Positions 30,486-41,836 of a stretch of DNA of 64,000 bases are shown piece by piece. A program made the position numbers and the translations under genes. Numbering within the stretch: the stretch's first letter is position 1; each line of letters begins with the position of its first letter. The stretch lies in NCBI GenBank assembly GCA_903885665.1, contig CAISJL010000157.1:15002-79001 (forward strand), given 5' to 3'. This DNA comes from an uncultured beta proteobacterium. Lineage in GTDB: Bacteria > Pseudomonadota > Gammaproteobacteria > Burkholderiales > SG8-41. The notes beneath the pieces were generated by a model, which was not told the origin of the DNA, searched no databases, and saw nothing but the letters and a program-made list of their open reading frames with translations.

Positions 30486-31189
30486 CCATGACAGTGCAAT
30501 TCTCGCCGCCAGTAGCAATGATTCTGGCTGCAGGGCGTGGTGAGCGGATGCGTCCGCTCACTGACCACACGCCGAAGGCTTTACTAAAAATCAAGGGTAA
30601 GTATTTGATTGTAAATGTTATTGAGGCATTGGTGCGAGCGGGGGTTGAGTCACTGGTGATTAATCATGCGCACTTAGGCAAACAGATTGAGCGCGCTGTG
30701 GGCGATGGTCGCACGTGGGGCGTGTCGATTCGATATTCCCCCGAAACAACCGCTTTAGAGACGGCGGGCGGCATTGTGCAAGCGTTGCCGCTACTCGGTG
30801 ATGCGCCATTTATCGCGGTGAATGCGGATGTCTATTCTGATTTTCAGATGCGTCGATTGATGGTGGCGGCACAGCTTTTGCATCCCCCGCACGCCTTGGC
30901 TGAATTGGTCTTGGTGCCTAATCCTGCGCATCACCCAATGGGTGATTTTGGTTTGATGGGCAGTCAAGTGTTGGTGACTAGTGCAACTCGTTATACGTTT
31001 AGTGGTATGGGTGCGTATCACCCCCGTTTGTTTACCGGCTTGCAGCTTGGGGTGCCCACCCGCTTAGCCGATGTGTTGCGGGCGCACATGCCGGCGGGGC
31101 AGATCCGCGGCCAGCTCCATCGTGGCACCTGGGAAGATGTAGGCACGCCCGAGCGCTTGGCAGCTTTGAACCCAGTCGCGGCAAGCTAG
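30482..31189 (+). CDS. murU: nucleotidyltransferase, MurU-like (MurNAc-alpha-1-P uridylyltransferase)
   Basis: 235-aa ORF with the sugar-nucleotidyltransferase N-terminus MILAAGRGERMRPLTDHTPKALL. It is paired with amgK. Confidence 0.72.
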   Translation: MTMTVQFSPPVAMILAAGRGERMRPLTDHTPKALLKIKGKYLIVNVIEALVRAGVESLVINHAHLGKQIERAVGDGRTWGVSIRYSPETTALETAGGIVQALPLLGDAPFIAVNADVYSDFQMRRLMVAAQLLHPPHALAELVLVPNPAHHPMGDFGLMGSQVLVTSATRYTFSGMGAYHPRLFTGLQLGVPTRLADVLRAHMPAGQIRGQLHRGTWEDVGTPERLAALNPVAAS

Positions 31190-31336
31190 TACGGCTCAGC
31201 AAGTTATAGACTTGGGTCTATAATGCATCGAATACCCTAGAGTGCTGTGGCGAGCATGATGCTAGTCAGCAGATAAACATGGCCAGATTAAGCTATCTAA
31301 TTGATTTTATGGATATTTTTTGTTAAGGATGGTGTC

Positions 31337-32671
31337 ATGAGCATCTCGACCAGTGTGGATTGTGCAGTGTATGCAGCACGCCGAGCGGCGCTGATCGCGC
31401 AAATTGGTGATGGGATTGCGGTGATTCCGACCGCGCCTGAGCGCGTGCGTAATCGCGACAGTCACTATCCTTATCGTTTTGACAGCTACTTTTACTATCT
31501 TACCGGCTTTCGCGAGCCCGAAGCCGTGCTAGTGTTGATTGGTGGTGAGCACCCGCAAAGTATCTTATTTTGTCGCGAAAAAAATCTGGAACGTGAAATT
31601 TGGGATGGTTTTCGTTATGGCCCGGCGCTAGCCCGCGAAGTTTTTGGCCTAGATGTAGCGTGGGCTGAGACCGAGTTAGACCAGCAGATGCCTGAATTAA
31701 TGGCTAATCGTGCCGCTCTCTATGTGCATTTGGGTGAGGATAAGCTGTGGGATCAGCGCGTGATTGGATGGCTAAACGCGGTGCGAGCGCGGGTGCGTAG
31801 TGGCGTTGTAGCGCCAGCGGACTTACGCGATATTCGGCCTCTAGTCGATGAGATGCGCTTGATTAAAGCACCGGCAGAGTTGGCGCTGATGCGCCGTGCC
31901 GGGGAGATTTCAGCCGGGGCTCATCGCTTAGCCCTGCAAGCGACCCGTCCGGGACGTTATGAGTATGAAATAGAGGCTACCCTGTTACATGAATTTCGCC
32001 GCCACGGCGCGCAAGCCCCTGCCTATACCTCGATTGTGGCAGGTGGTGCCAATGCTTGTGTGCTGCATTACATCGAGAATAACGCGCCATTACTCGATGG
32101 CGACTTATTATTGATTGATGCCGGTTGCGAGCTCGATGGCTATGCTGCTGATATCACACGCACTTTTCCAGTCAATGGGTGCTTTAGCGGTCCTCAGCGG
32201 GCAGTCTACGACGTGGTACTGGCGGCGCAAGCGGCAGCGATTGCCACTGTGCGAGCGGGAGCCGCTTGGAATGCACCACACGATGCCGCAGTAGCCGTTC
32301 TCGCCCAAGGTATGGTGGATTTAGGGCTACTTCAAGGCAGTGTTGACGCGGTGTTGGAGCAAGAAACTTATAAGCAGTTTTATATGCATCGCACCGGTCA
32401 CTGGTTGGGGCTGGATGTGCATGACGCGGGTGCATACAGCGTGGGTGGCCAGTGGCGAACCTTAGTCCCTGGCATGGTGCTGACGGTTGAGCCGGGTTGC
32501 TATATTCGTCCAGCGCCAGGCGTGCCTGAGGCCTTCTTTAATATTGGGATACGGATAGAGGACGATGTCTGTGTGACCACGCAAGGTGCGGACATACTGA
32601 CCGTGGCAGCGCCCAAGGCGATTGCTGAGTTGGAAGCGTTGAGCCGTGAAAAAAATGAGTCAACTCTCTGA
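31337..32671 (+). CDS. pepP: Xaa-Pro aminopeptidase
   Basis: About 444 aa with the M24B metal-ligand blocks DGDLLLIDAG.E..GYAADITRT, HRTGHWLGLDVHD and VLTVEPG.Y. The start is set at ATG 31337. Confidence 0.9.
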   Translation: MSISTSVDCAVYAARRAALIAQIGDGIAVIPTAPERVRNRDSHYPYRFDSYFYYLTGFREPEAVLVLIGGEHPQSILFCREKNLEREIWDGFRYGPALAREVFGLDVAWAETELDQQMPELMANRAALYVHLGEDKLWDQRVIGWLNAVRARVRSGVVAPADLRDIRPLVDEMRLIKAPAELALMRRAGEISAGAHRLALQATRPGRYEYEIEATLLHEFRRHGAQAPAYTSIVAGGANACVLHYIENNAPLLDGDLLLIDAGCELDGYAADITRTFPVNGCFSGPQRAVYDVVLAAQAAAIATVRAGAAWNAPHDAAVAVLAQGMVDLGLLQGSVDAVLEQETYKQFYMHRTGHWLGLDVHDAGAYSVGGQWRTLVPGMVLTVEPGCYIRPAPGVPEAFFNIGIRIEDDVCVTTQGADILTVAAPKAIAELEALSREKNESTL

Positions 32672-33803
32672 TTTAAAAGTAGATATTGCTATTGCTGGTG
32701 GTGGCCCCGTAGGTTCGGCATTGGCCCTGGCGCTAGCGCCGCAGGGCTATACGGTGACTCTCCTCAACCCGCCAGCACCAGGTGCGCCGGATCTACGGCC
32801 ACTCGCACTGTCATATGGCAGTCGTTTGATCTTAGAGCGTTTGGGGGTGTGGTCGCACTTAGCGCCTGATGTCACGGCTATTCAAACCATACATGTGTCG
32901 CAGCGTGGGGGTTTTGGTCGCGTGAATATGCGTGCCGCCGAAATCGGAGTGCCAGAGCTCGGTTATGTTGTGCCCTATCAAACGCTGCTCTCGGCTATAA
33001 CCTTAACGTTAGCGGATAATAATGCAAACATCTTAGCGGCTCAGATGACGCACTGGAAAGCAGGCGAAGTTGCCCAAGTCGAGTACAGCTTCGCTGATCA
33101 AGCCCAGAGCCTTAGTGCGCGCATGTTAGTGCTTGCTGATGGTGGCAGCAATGAATCAGAAGGGCATGTAAAAACATTTAAATATCAACAAGTTGCAATC
33201 ACCGCCCGGGTTGTGAGTCGGTATCCACATCAGGCCCGCGCGTTTGAGCGATTTACTGTCGACGGGCCACTCGCGTTGCTACCCTTTGGCACGGGTTGGG
33301 CTTTGGTCTGGACCACTTCAGAGGGGCGAGCTGCCGAATTAAGTGCCGTCAGCGATGCTGAGTTCTTAGCTTCACTACACATTGAGTTCGGCTCACGGGT
33401 GGGTGAATTTACCGCAGTGAGCGATCGAGCGGCCTACCCTTTACGTCGACGTGAATTTGATTCTGCGCCCACACCGGTATTGCGGATTGGTAATGCTGCA
33501 CAGACCTTGCATCCTGTTGCTGGTCAGGGCTTTAACTTGGGATTGCGAGATGCCTGGTTCTTAGCCCAACATGGTGCGACCAGCACTTTGAGGTTGGGCA
33601 GTTCGGCGTGGATTCAAGCCTATCTGGAGCAGCGCCAAGCCGACCGTCGCGCCTCTTTAGATATGACCCACAGCTTGGTGCAATGGTTTGGGATTGATCA
33701 GTTTGCAGTACGCCAAGCCCGCGGTTTGGGTTTGCAAATATTGGGCATGTTGCCGCCATTGAAGCGCCACTGGATGCGCAAACTCAGTTTTGGGCAGCGC
33801 TAA
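32655..33803 (+). CDS. ubiH: FAD-dependent ubiquinone-biosynthesis hydroxylase (UbiH/UbiF/VisC family)
   Basis: Contains DIAIAGGGPVGSALALAL and the C-terminal IGNAAQTLHPVAGQGFNLGLRD. It follows pepP, as ubiH does in E. coli. The paralogue assignment is tentative. Confidence 0.72.
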   Translation: MSQLSDLKVDIAIAGGGPVGSALALALAPQGYTVTLLNPPAPGAPDLRPLALSYGSRLILERLGVWSHLAPDVTAIQTIHVSQRGGFGRVNMRAAEIGVPELGYVVPYQTLLSAITLTLADNNANILAAQMTHWKAGEVAQVEYSFADQAQSLSARMLVLADGGSNESEGHVKTFKYQQVAITARVVSRYPHQARAFERFTVDGPLALLPFGTGWALVWTTSEGRAAELSAVSDAEFLASLHIEFGSRVGEFTAVSDRAAYPLRRREFDSAPTPVLRIGNAAQTLHPVAGQGFNLGLRDAWFLAQHGATSTLRLGSSAWIQAYLEQRQADRRASLDMTHSLVQWFGIDQFAVRQARGLGLQILGMLPPLKRHWMRKLSFGQR

Positions 33804-33964
33804 ATTCTAGGCCGCACAATTGGTGTGGGACGCGCTTGCCGCTGAAAGATGTAGGGGGCTTCTAAAATTGCTTAAAAAATAGGCAAAAAATCCTTTGCAG
33901 CATGGGCTCAGGTGATTACAATGTTGCCCTTCGCGCGCCCGCGCCCTCCATTCGAAATTCCCCG

Positions 33965-34972
33965 ATGCGTATTGGCTCCTACCAACTGAAAAATAATTTG
34001 ATTGTGGCACCGATGGCGGGGGTCACGGACAGACCGTTCCGCCAATTGTGTAAGACCATGGGCGCCGGCATGGCGGTCTCGGAAATGGTCTCGAGTAACT
34101 CATTGTTGTGGGGATCGGAGAAAACCTTGCGCCGCGCTAATCATGAGGGCGAAGTTGATCCTATATCTGTGCAGATTGCGGGTGCTGATCCGCAGATGTT
34201 GGCGCAGGCAGCGCGCTATAACGTCGATCATGGTGCGCAAATTATTGATATCAACATGGGCTGTCCGGCAAAAAAAGTCTGCAACGTTATGGCGGGCTCT
34301 GCCTTATTAAAAGACGAGCCCTTGGTGGCTAGAATATTGGAAGCGGTGGTGGGTGCGGTGTCAGTACCGGTCACCTTGAAAATTCGCACAGGCTGGGATC
34401 GCGACCATCGTAACGCCTTGATCGTAGCGCGCATTGCAGAAAGTGCAGGTATCCAAGCTTTAGCAATTCATGGCCGCACTCGCGCTTGTGGCTACACCGG
34501 AGAGGCTGAGTACGACACAATTGCGGCAGTGAAAGCCGCGATTAAAATTCCAGTGATTGCCAATGGTGACATTACAACACCAGAGCGTGTGCGTCATGTT
34601 TTAGCGTATACCGGTGCAGATGCAGTGATGATTGGCCGAGCCGCGCAAGGGCGGCCGTGGATGTTTAGAGAGATTAGTCATTTTCTTGCGACGGGTGAGC
34701 ATTTGCCGCCGCCGGCAGTGGGTGAAATTCATCGGGTGCTGAGCGCGCACTTACAAGATTTATATCAGTTCTATGGCGAACAGCGCGGGGTGCGCGTCGC
34801 CCGCAAACATATCTCTTGGTATACCAAAGGATTAGTGGGCTCTGCAGCGTTTCGACATGGTATGAATCAGCTACAAAGCTGTGCCGAACAAATCGAAGCG
34901 ATCGACCTATTCTTTAACGAACACTCAGGTTTGGGCGATCGTCTGACCTACACCGAGGACATTGCAGCATGA
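33965..34972 (+). CDS. dusB: tRNA-dihydrouridine synthase B
   Basis: Contains APMAGVTDRPFR, DINMGCPAKKV and HGRTR. The gene is coupled to fis. The start is set at ATG 33965 (MRIGSYQL). Confidence 0.9.
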   Translation: MRIGSYQLKNNLIVAPMAGVTDRPFRQLCKTMGAGMAVSEMVSSNSLLWGSEKTLRRANHEGEVDPISVQIAGADPQMLAQAARYNVDHGAQIIDINMGCPAKKVCNVMAGSALLKDEPLVARILEAVVGAVSVPVTLKIRTGWDRDHRNALIVARIAESAGIQALAIHGRTRACGYTGEAEYDTIAAVKAAIKIPVIANGDITTPERVRHVLAYTGADAVMIGRAAQGRPWMFREISHFLATGEHLPPPAVGEIHRVLSAHLQDLYQFYGEQRGVRVARKHISWYTKGLVGSAAFRHGMNQLQSCAEQIEAIDLFFNEHSGLGDRLTYTEDIAA

Positions 34973-35247
34973 TCAATGAAACAGAAATGGCGCAATTCGT
35001 GCGTCGTGCAATCAGCGACTATTTTGCTGATTTAGAAGGCGAGAAAGCCAGTGGTATCTATGACATGGTAATACGCAGTGTCGAGAAGCCTTTGTTAGAA
35101 GTTGTATTAGAAAAAGTTGGCGGCAATCAATCGCAAGCCGCTACCTTGTTGGGCATTAACCGCAACACCTTGTACAAAAAAATGCGCACCCATCAATTAG
35201 TATCGCGCGAAGATACCCATCCAGATCGTTCAATCAGAGAGAAATAA
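34969..35247 (+). CDS. fis: Fis-family DNA-binding protein
   Basis: 92-aa ORF with the C-terminal helix-turn-helix [21 protein letters not shown], in dusB-fis synteny. It carries a C-terminal extension of about 15 aa. Confidence 0.88.
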   Translation: MINETEMAQFVRRAISDYFADLEGEKASGIYDMVIRSVEKPLLEVVLEKVGGNQSQAATLLGINRNTLYKKMRTHQLVSREDTHPDRSIREK

Positions 35248-35252
35248 GTCGC

Positions 35253-36809
35253 ATGATCAAACAAGCATTACTGAGTGTTTCAGATAAAAGTGGAATCCTA
35301 GAGTTTGCCCGTGAATTATCACAACGCGGTGTACGTTTGCTCTCTACCGGAGGCACAGCGCAGTTATTACGTGATGGCGGTTTAGCGGTGATAGAAGTCG
35401 CTGATTACACCGGTTTTCCAGAAATGCTCGATGGTCGGGTTAAAACGTTGCATCCACGTATTCATGCTGGTTTGCTGGCTAGACGTGATCTGCCCGAACA
35501 TCAAGCCGCAATGGATCGTGCAGGATTTCAAGGCATCGATTTGGTGGTAGTGAATTTGTATCCATTTGTGCAAACTATTCAAAAAGCAGGCTGTACTCTA
35601 GAGGAAGCCATAGAAAATATCGATATTGGTGGACCGGCTATGGTGCGTAGCGCCGCTAAAAATTATGCGCACGTTGGTGTCGTCACCGATCCCGCAGACT
35701 ACCCCGCATTAATTGCTGAAATGAGCGCCCAAGGTGGTCATTTAACGGAGCGCACGCGGTTTCGTCTGGCTTGTAGAGCCTACAGCCATACGGCAGCTTA
35801 TGATGGTGCAATTAGTAATTACCTCACGGCATTGCAAGATGATGGTACTACAGCGCCCTTCCCGTCCCGGCTTACGGAACAATGGGAACAGGTGCAAAGT
35901 TTGCGCTACGGTGAGAATCCACATCAAAGTGCAGCTTTTTATCGCGACAGTCGAGCCGTGCCTGGCGGGCTTGCGGCGTATCGTCAAATTCAAGGCAAGG
36001 AGTTGTCATATAACAATATTGCTGACGCTGATGCTGCATGGGAGTGTGTTAAGACCTTTGCGGATACTGCTTGTGTGATTGTTAAACACGCAAACCCTTG
36101 TGGTGTCGCTATTGCCAACGACGTGGCGACTGCCTATCACCTCGCATTTGCCACTGATCCCACCTCCGCTTTTGGTGGGATTATTGCAGTGAATCGACCA
36201 CTAGATGCCGCTGCGGCTGAGGCTATTAGTCAACAATTTGCAGAAGTGATTATTGCGCCTGAAATATTACCTGAAGCTGTTGCAGTGTTTGCAAAGAAAA
36301 CCAATTTACGCGTATTGGAAGTCCCACTGGCTGCGGGTCACAATCGCTATGACTTGAAGCGAATTGGTGGGGGGCTATTAGTGCAAACTCCAGATCTATT
36401 GAATATCACTGCTGATCAATTGAAAGTGGTGACCCGTCGTCAACCTACACCCGCAGAGTTAACAGATTTATTGTTTGCCTCGAGAGTTGCGAAGTATGTG
36501 AAATCAAATGCCATAGTGTTTTGTCGTGCTGGTCAAACCTTGGGCGTAGGTGCCGGTCAGATGAGCCGTGTAGATTCGGCGCGCATTGCATCGATTAAAG
36601 CAGAACATGCAAATCTAAAGTTAGCGCAATCGGTGGTAGCGTCCGATGCGTTTTTCCCGTTTCGTGATGGGGTTGATGTGGTGGTGCAAGCCGGTGCAGT
36701 GGCGATTATTCAACCTGGTGGTAGCGTGCGCGATGCCGAAGTGATTGCCGCTGCTGACGAGCAAAATGTGGCGATGGTGTTTACTGGGGCGCGTCATTTC
36801 CGACATTGA
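35253..36809 (+). CDS. purH: bifunctional AICAR transformylase / IMP cyclohydrolase
   Basis: 518-aa ORF containing [26 protein letters not shown] and a C-terminus ending RHFRH. Confidence 0.95.
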   Translation: MIKQALLSVSDKSGILEFARELSQRGVRLLSTGGTAQLLRDGGLAVIEVADYTGFPEMLDGRVKTLHPRIHAGLLARRDLPEHQAAMDRAGFQGIDLVVVNLYPFVQTIQKAGCTLEEAIENIDIGGPAMVRSAAKNYAHVGVVTDPADYPALIAEMSAQGGHLTERTRFRLACRAYSHTAAYDGAISNYLTALQDDGTTAPFPSRLTEQWEQVQSLRYGENPHQSAAFYRDSRAVPGGLAAYRQIQGKELSYNNIADADAAWECVKTFADTACVIVKHANPCGVAIANDVATAYHLAFATDPTSAFGGIIAVNRPLDAAAAEAISQQFAEVIIAPEILPEAVAVFAKKTNLRVLEVPLAAGHNRYDLKRIGGGLLVQTPDLLNITADQLKVVTRRQPTPAELTDLLFASRVAKYVKSNAIVFCRAGQTLGVGAGQMSRVDSARIASIKAEHANLKLAQSVVASDAFFPFRDGVDVVVQAGAVAIIQPGGSVRDAEVIAAADEQNVAMVFTGARHFRH

Positions 36810-37011
36810 TATTGTTGGTTCGTGCATCAATAGTCGTTAATGTGCAAGTTAGCTCATCAGCAAGGTAGTTAATGAGTAGATATTTAATGAGTAGATATAT
36901 AAATGAGTTGAGAGTTGAATAATTTGAGAGATGAATGGGTTGTGACAGCAATGGGTAGTGAGAACAATGAGTAGAAAGATTAAAGCAGATTAGCAAAGCA
37001 AGGATAGAGCA

Positions 37012-38304
37012 ATGAAAATTTTAGTGGTTGGTGGTGGTGGACGTGAACATGCGCTAGCGTGGAAGTTAGCACAATCCGAGCGTGTATCACGGGTCTATAT
37101 AGCGCCTGGCAACCCCGGAGCCCTCGCCGAGTCTGGTGTCTATCGTGCTGATGTGCATGACAATGCACAGATTGTTGAATTTATACAACACCACGATATT
37201 CACCTAACTGTGGTTGGACCAGAAGCACCGCTAGCTGCAGGTTTGGTTGATGCGGTGCAGGCTGCGGGGCGACGGATTTTTGGCCCGACTCAGCAAGCCG
37301 CGCAGCTCGAGAGTTCAAAGGATTACGCCAAACGCTTTATGGTGCGCCATGGCATACCAACAGCGCATCATGCGACCTTTACCGACGCTGCTGCAGCGCA
37401 TCGCTACTTGGATCAACAGGGTGCGCCGATCGTGATTAAAGCCGATGGTTTGGCCGCCGGCAAGGGTGTAGTCGTGGCTATGGACTTGGTTGAGGCACAT
37501 GCTGCCGTCGATATGATGTTGGTCTCTAACACGATGGGTACAGCAGGTGCGCGGGTGGTGATTGAAGAGTTTTTAACGGGTGAGGAAGCCAGTTTTATTG
37601 TGCTCGCTGATGGTCATCATGCGTTGGCGCTAGCGAGTAGCCAAGACCATAAGCGTTTATGCGATGGTGATGTAGGTCCCAACACGGGTGGTATGGGTGC
37701 GTATTCTCCAGCCCCCGTAGTTACACCAGAGATACACGCCCGAGTAATGCGCGAAGTCATTATGCCAACCATGAATGGCATGTTAGCAGATGGCATACCG
37801 TATACCGGATTTTTATATGCTGGCTTAATGATCAAACCGGATGGTGAGCTCAAGGTATTAGAGTTTAATTGTCGGATGGGTGACCCTGAAACACAACCGA
37901 TTATGATGCGACTCAAATCTGATTTAGTGAGCTTGCTGGAGGCCGCAGTCGATGGTCGGCTCGATCAGGTTGAGGCGCTCTGGGATCCGCGTGTGGCCTT
38001 AGGCGTTGTAATGGCTGCTGCCGGATATCCAGCTGACCCAAGGCGCGGCGATGTGATTACTGGTTTGCCGGGTGCCTTAGATGACTGTCATGTGTTTCAT
38101 GCCGGCACTGCTCAAGTTGGTGCGCAAGTGGTGACTCATGGTGGTCGTGTCTTGTGCGTGACTGCATTAGGTCACAATACCAGAACCGCACAACGGCGCG
38201 CCTACGAAGTCGCTGCCCAAATCCAATTCGACGGTCAGCAATATCGTCACGATATTGGTCACCGCGGCATAGGCGCACGCAGCACCGAGACTAAATGCGT
38301 GTAG
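37012..38304 (+). CDS. purD: phosphoribosylamine-glycine ligase
   Basis: 430-aa ORF containing [19 protein letters not shown], an ATP-grasp core and EFN.R.GDPETQ. Confidence 0.95.
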   Translation: MKILVVGGGGREHALAWKLAQSERVSRVYIAPGNPGALAESGVYRADVHDNAQIVEFIQHHDIHLTVVGPEAPLAAGLVDAVQAAGRRIFGPTQQAAQLESSKDYAKRFMVRHGIPTAHHATFTDAAAAHRYLDQQGAPIVIKADGLAAGKGVVVAMDLVEAHAAVDMMLVSNTMGTAGARVVIEEFLTGEEASFIVLADGHHALALASSQDHKRLCDGDVGPNTGGMGAYSPAPVVTPEIHARVMREVIMPTMNGMLADGIPYTGFLYAGLMIKPDGELKVLEFNCRMGDPETQPIMMRLKSDLVSLLEAAVDGRLDQVEALWDPRVALGVVMAAAGYPADPRRGDVITGLPGALDDCHVFHAGTAQVGAQVVTHGGRVLCVTALGHNTRTAQRRAYEVAAQIQFDGQQYRHDIGHRGIGARSTETKCV

Positions 38305-39230
38305 AGGATACACAATTGGTGGGTGATGCAGACATTGCAGCGGTGCAACAGTATTTGACGCAGTTGCAATCACAAATGATTGCCCGACTAGAGGCCTTGG
38401 ATGGCGGTCGTTTTAGTCGTGATGCATGGAGTCGCGACCAAGGCGGTGGAGGTATCTCTTGCATTTTAGAAAACAGTACGGTGTTTGAGCGCGCAGGTGT
38501 TGGCTTCTCTCATGTGTTTGGTGATCACTTACCACCGTCAGCCTCAGCGGCACGCCCGGAGTTAGCGGGCAGATCTTTTCAAGCAATGGGCGTGTCGTTG
38601 GTCTTGCATCCGCGTAATCCACGTGCACCAACCGTGCATTTGAATGTGCGCTTCTTTGTGGCACAACATCAAACAGAGCCAGCGGTCTGGTGGTTTGGTG
38701 GTGGTATGGACTTAACGCCCTATTATGGAGATGTTCAAGATGCTCAACATTTTCATCAGACTTGTAAGGACGCATTAACCCCCTTTGGTGCGGATTATTA
38801 CCCACAATATAAAGCGTGGTGTGATCGTTATTTTTATTTGAAGCATCGCGCTGAACCGCGTGGCATTGGCGGTATATTCTTTGATGACTTAAATACGCCA
38901 GACTTTGCCCATTGCTTTGGATTAATGCGTAGCGTGGGCGATCATTTTATTCCAGCATACCTTCCGATTGTAGAAAGACGTCATCTGCTACCCTATGGCG
39001 AGCGTGAACGTGATTTCCAAGCCTATCGTCGGGGTCGTTATGTTGAATTTAATTTAGTCTATGATCGCGGCACCTTATTTGGTTTGCAATCGGGTGGGCG
39101 CACAGAATCTATTTTAATGTCGATGCCACCCGTGGTGCATTGGCGTTATCAATGGCAACCCGAGGCTGGCTCTGCTGAAGCGCAACTGTATAGCGAATTT
39201 TTAATTGCGAAAGATTGGTTGTTGGAATAA
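38295..39230 (+). CDS. hemF: oxygen-dependent coproporphyrinogen-III oxidase
   Basis: 311-aa ORF containing GGGIS..LE....FE.AGV.FS.V, HPRNP..PT.H.N.R.F, WWFGGG.DLTP and GIGGIFFDD. Confidence 0.93.
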   Translation: MRVEDTQLVGDADIAAVQQYLTQLQSQMIARLEALDGGRFSRDAWSRDQGGGGISCILENSTVFERAGVGFSHVFGDHLPPSASAARPELAGRSFQAMGVSLVLHPRNPRAPTVHLNVRFFVAQHQTEPAVWWFGGGMDLTPYYGDVQDAQHFHQTCKDALTPFGADYYPQYKAWCDRYFYLKHRAEPRGIGGIFFDDLNTPDFAHCFGLMRSVGDHFIPAYLPIVERRHLLPYGERERDFQAYRRGRYVEFNLVYDRGTLFGLQSGGRTESILMSMPPVVHWRYQWQPEAGSAEAQLYSEFLIAKDWLLE

Positions 39231-39269
39231 AGCGTGGCGATTTAGCGGTGGTGCACTAGGCGTCATGCA

Positions 39270-39986
39270 TTAGGTGGGCTCACCCATTTCGCCTAAATAC
39301 GCTTGGCGCACGCGCGGATGATCGAGCAAGACCTGAGCAGTATCGGCCAACACAATTTGTCCGCTCTCCATCACGTAGGCGCGTGAGCAAGTCTCTAATG
39401 CCAAGCGGGCATTCTGCTCTACCAGTAATAACGTAACCCCAGACTGCGCGACGGTTTTGATTGCCTCAAAAATCGTTTGAATCATTAACGGTGCTAAGCC
39501 CATACTGGGTTCGTCGAGTAACAGTAACTGTGGTTTACTCAATAAGGCTCGCGCAATCGCTAACAATTGCTGTTCACCACCTGATAACGTGCCAGCCAGT
39601 TGTAAGCGGCGCTCGGCGAGCCGAGGAAATTGAGCAAAGGTTTTTTGAATATCTTGGGCAATGACTTGGGTGTCATTGCGGCAATAAGCACCCATTGCGA
39701 GGTTCTCGGCAACCGTGAGTCGTGGAAATATACCCCGACCTTCGGGTACTAAGGCCATGCCCAAGGTCACGCGACGATGAGCAGCAAGTGTAGTGATGTC
39801 TTGGTTGTTATAGCTAATCTGTCCAGCGTGAGGTTTTAATAATCCGGCAATAGCGTTTAAGGTGCTGGATTTACCAGCGCCATTGGCACCAATTAAAGCG
39901 ACTTGTTCACCGCGTGCGATCGAGAGATTGATCCCTTTAACAGCGGCAATGCCGCCATAGTGAATTTGTAGACTTTGAATATCGAG
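39270..39986 (-). CDS. livF: branched-chain amino-acid ABC transporter ATP-binding protein (LivF-type)
   Basis: Contains the Walker A motif GANGAGKSS, the signature LSGGEQQ and the Walker B motif LLLLDEPS. The start is set at MLDIQSL (39986). Confidence 0.85.
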   Translation of the reverse strand, partial: LDIQSLQIHYGGIAAVKGINLSIARGEQVALIGANGAGKSSTLNAIAGLLKPHAGQISYNNQDITTLAAHRRVTLGMALVPEGRGIFPRLTVAENLAMGAYCRNDTQVIAQDIQKTFAQFPRLAERRLQLAGTLSGGEQQLLAIARALLSKPQLLLLDEPSMGLAPLMIQTIFEAIKTVAQSGVTLLLVEQNARLALETCSRAYVMESGQIVLADTAQVLLDHPRVRQAYLGEMGEPT

Positions 39987-39993
39987 CATCACG

Positions 39994-40776
39994 TTACACA
40001 CTGCTCCCAAGATAGGCTGCAATCACTGCAGGGTTTTTTTGAATCTCTTGTGGTGTGCCTGCTGCAAGATGACGACCTTGATCGAGCACCACGACCCGAT
40101 GACAAACCTGCATCACTAACGACATATCGTGCTCAATCAGTAGTATGGTGATGCCATCAGAGGTAATGCGCTCTAGTAGTGCACGCAAGGTATTGGTCTC
40201 GGTGGCATTCATGCCAGCAGCAGGCTCGTCTAGGGCCAGTAATCGTGGTTGAGCGGCCAGCGCGCGCGCGATCTCCAAGCGTCGCTGATCGCCATAAGGC
40301 AGTTGGGAGGCTACTGTTTGCGCTTGATTGCCTAGTCCGCAGTACGTGAGCAATCCTTGCGAGGTCTCACGAATCTGTTGTTCTTCTTGGCGGGTGGCAG
40401 TAGTGTTAAAGATTGCACCTAAGACTCCAGACTGTGCTCGCGCATGATGCCCGACCATGACATTTTCAAGAGCAGTCATGGTCCCAAATAATCGAATATT
40501 TTGAAATGTCCGCGCAATACCGTGCTGTGCAATTTGATAGGGTTGCGCATGATGGATCGCTTGACCTGCAAATAATAAGCGGCCGCTATCTGCGGTATAC
40601 AGACCAGTGATGACATTAAACAAGGTTGTTTTACCTGCGCCATTGGGGCCGATTAAGCCGCAAATTTCACCCTGATACACTGTGAACGACACTCCATCGA
40701 GCGCAGTGAGTCCACCAAAGCGTTTGCAAAGCGTGGAGGCCTCCAAAAGTGGTGTGGAATGCGTAATGCGAGTCAT
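39994..40776 (-). CDS. livG: branched-chain amino-acid ABC transporter ATP-binding protein (LivG-type)
   Basis: Contains the Walker A motif GPNGAGKTT, the [13 protein letters not shown] signature region and [10 protein letters not shown]. The start is set at ATG 40776, directly after the livM stop. Confidence 0.85.
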   Translation of the reverse strand: MTRITHSTPLLEASTLCKRFGGLTALDGVSFTVYQGEICGLIGPNGAGKTTLFNVITGLYTADSGRLLFAGQAIHHAQPYQIAQHGIARTFQNIRLFGTMTALENVMVGHHARAQSGVLGAIFNTTATRQEEQQIRETSQGLLTYCGLGNQAQTVASQLPYGDQRRLEIARALAAQPRLLALDEPAAGMNATETNTLRALLERITSDGITILLIEHDMSLVMQVCHRVVVLDQGRHLAAGTPQEIQKNPAVIAAYLGSSV

Positions 40777-40777
40777 A

Positions 40778-41836
40778 TTAACCGCCACGGTTAGTGAGCT
40801 GGCCAGTCAGCTGGCGTTTGGGCCATAAACCACGGGGCCGTAGCAACATCATCAACACGAGCGCCAAACCAAACAACAACATGCGCAGGTCGGCAGGGTC
40901 AATATAAACTGTGCCAAAGATTTGTTGTTGCAATGGTCCAATGTAGCGCAGCGTTTCTGGCAATATCGTGAGTAACAGTGCGCCTAGTATCACCCCACCG
41001 ATATGACCGATACCACCTAATACCACCATACACAGAATCATCACAGAATCGATCAATTGAAAACTCTCGGGGCTAATAAACCCTTGGAACGAAGCGAATA
41101 AGCACCCTGCAACACCACCAAAACTTGCCCCCATGGCAAAGGCTAATAGTTTTAAATTACGGGTGTGAATCCCCATTGCTTGAGCGGCTAGTTCATCATC
41201 GCGAATCGCGCGCCATGCCCGCCCAATACGAGAATGTTCTAAGCGTACCGAAATTAAAATAGTGATTAAGACAAACGCTAAAAATATCAAATAATATTGA
41301 TGTAATGGCGTAAAAGTAATGCCGCCAAGGCTGTGACTGTGGCCAAATGAGAACTGACTGATATGTAGTGGATCAATGCGGGTAATCCCTTGTGGACCAT
41401 TGGTGATATTTATAGGACGATTTAAATTATTGAGTAGCACGCGAATAATTTCACCAAAGCCCAGCGTAACAATTGCTAAATAATCACCGCGTAGTCGCAA
41501 AGTTGGTGCGCCCAGTGCGATTCCGAATAATGCAGCTAAGGCAGCGCCCACTGGAATAATGACCAATACTGGCGCATGTATAGCCAGTTGTGGTGAAGCA
41601 AGTAAGGCATAGCTATAAGCACCAACGGCAAAAAAAGCGATATAGCCTAAGTCTAGTAAGCCAGCAAAGCCAACTACAATGTTTAAACCGAGGGCGAGCA
41701 TGACATAGAGTAAAGCCACATCGGTGATGCGCAACCAACTCCGCCCCAACAGCATCTCAATGGCAAAGGGTGCAACAATGAGCGCACTGATGATCAGCAA
41801 TTGACGAGACCATGACGCATAGCGAAGGCCTGTCAT
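40778..41836 (-). CDS. livM: branched-chain amino-acid ABC transporter permease (LivM-type)
   Basis: 352-aa polytopic membrane protein between the LivH-type and LivG-type genes. It overlaps livH by 4 nt. Confidence 0.85.
   Translation of the reverse strand: MTGLRYASWSRQLLIISALIVAPFAIEMLLGRSWLRITDVALLYVMLALGLNIVVGFAGLLDLGYIAFFAVGAYSYALLASPQLAIHAPVLVIIPVGAALAALFGIALGAPTLRLRGDYLAIVTLGFGEIIRVLLNNLNRPINITNGPQGITRIDPLHISQFSFGHSHSLGGITFTPLHQYYLIFLAFVLITILISVRLEHSRIGRAWRAIRDDELAAQAMGIHTRNLKLLAFAMGASFGGVAGCLFASFQGFISPESFQLIDSVMILCMVVLGGIGHIGGVILGALLLTILPETLRYIGPLQQQIFGTVYIDPADLRMLLFGLALVLMMLLRPRGLWPKRQLTGQLTNRGG

Noticed and set aside
31204-31223. The hairpin/palindrome TTATAGAC-TTGG-GTCTATAA between murU and pepP, considered as a terminator or as part of a 6S RNA locus.
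   Set aside because: No U-run follows the hairpin. The spacer (about 146 nt) is too short for a 6S RNA, and the palindrome overlaps a TATAAT-like box, so a promoter or operator is equally likely. The evidence is not strong enough to call.
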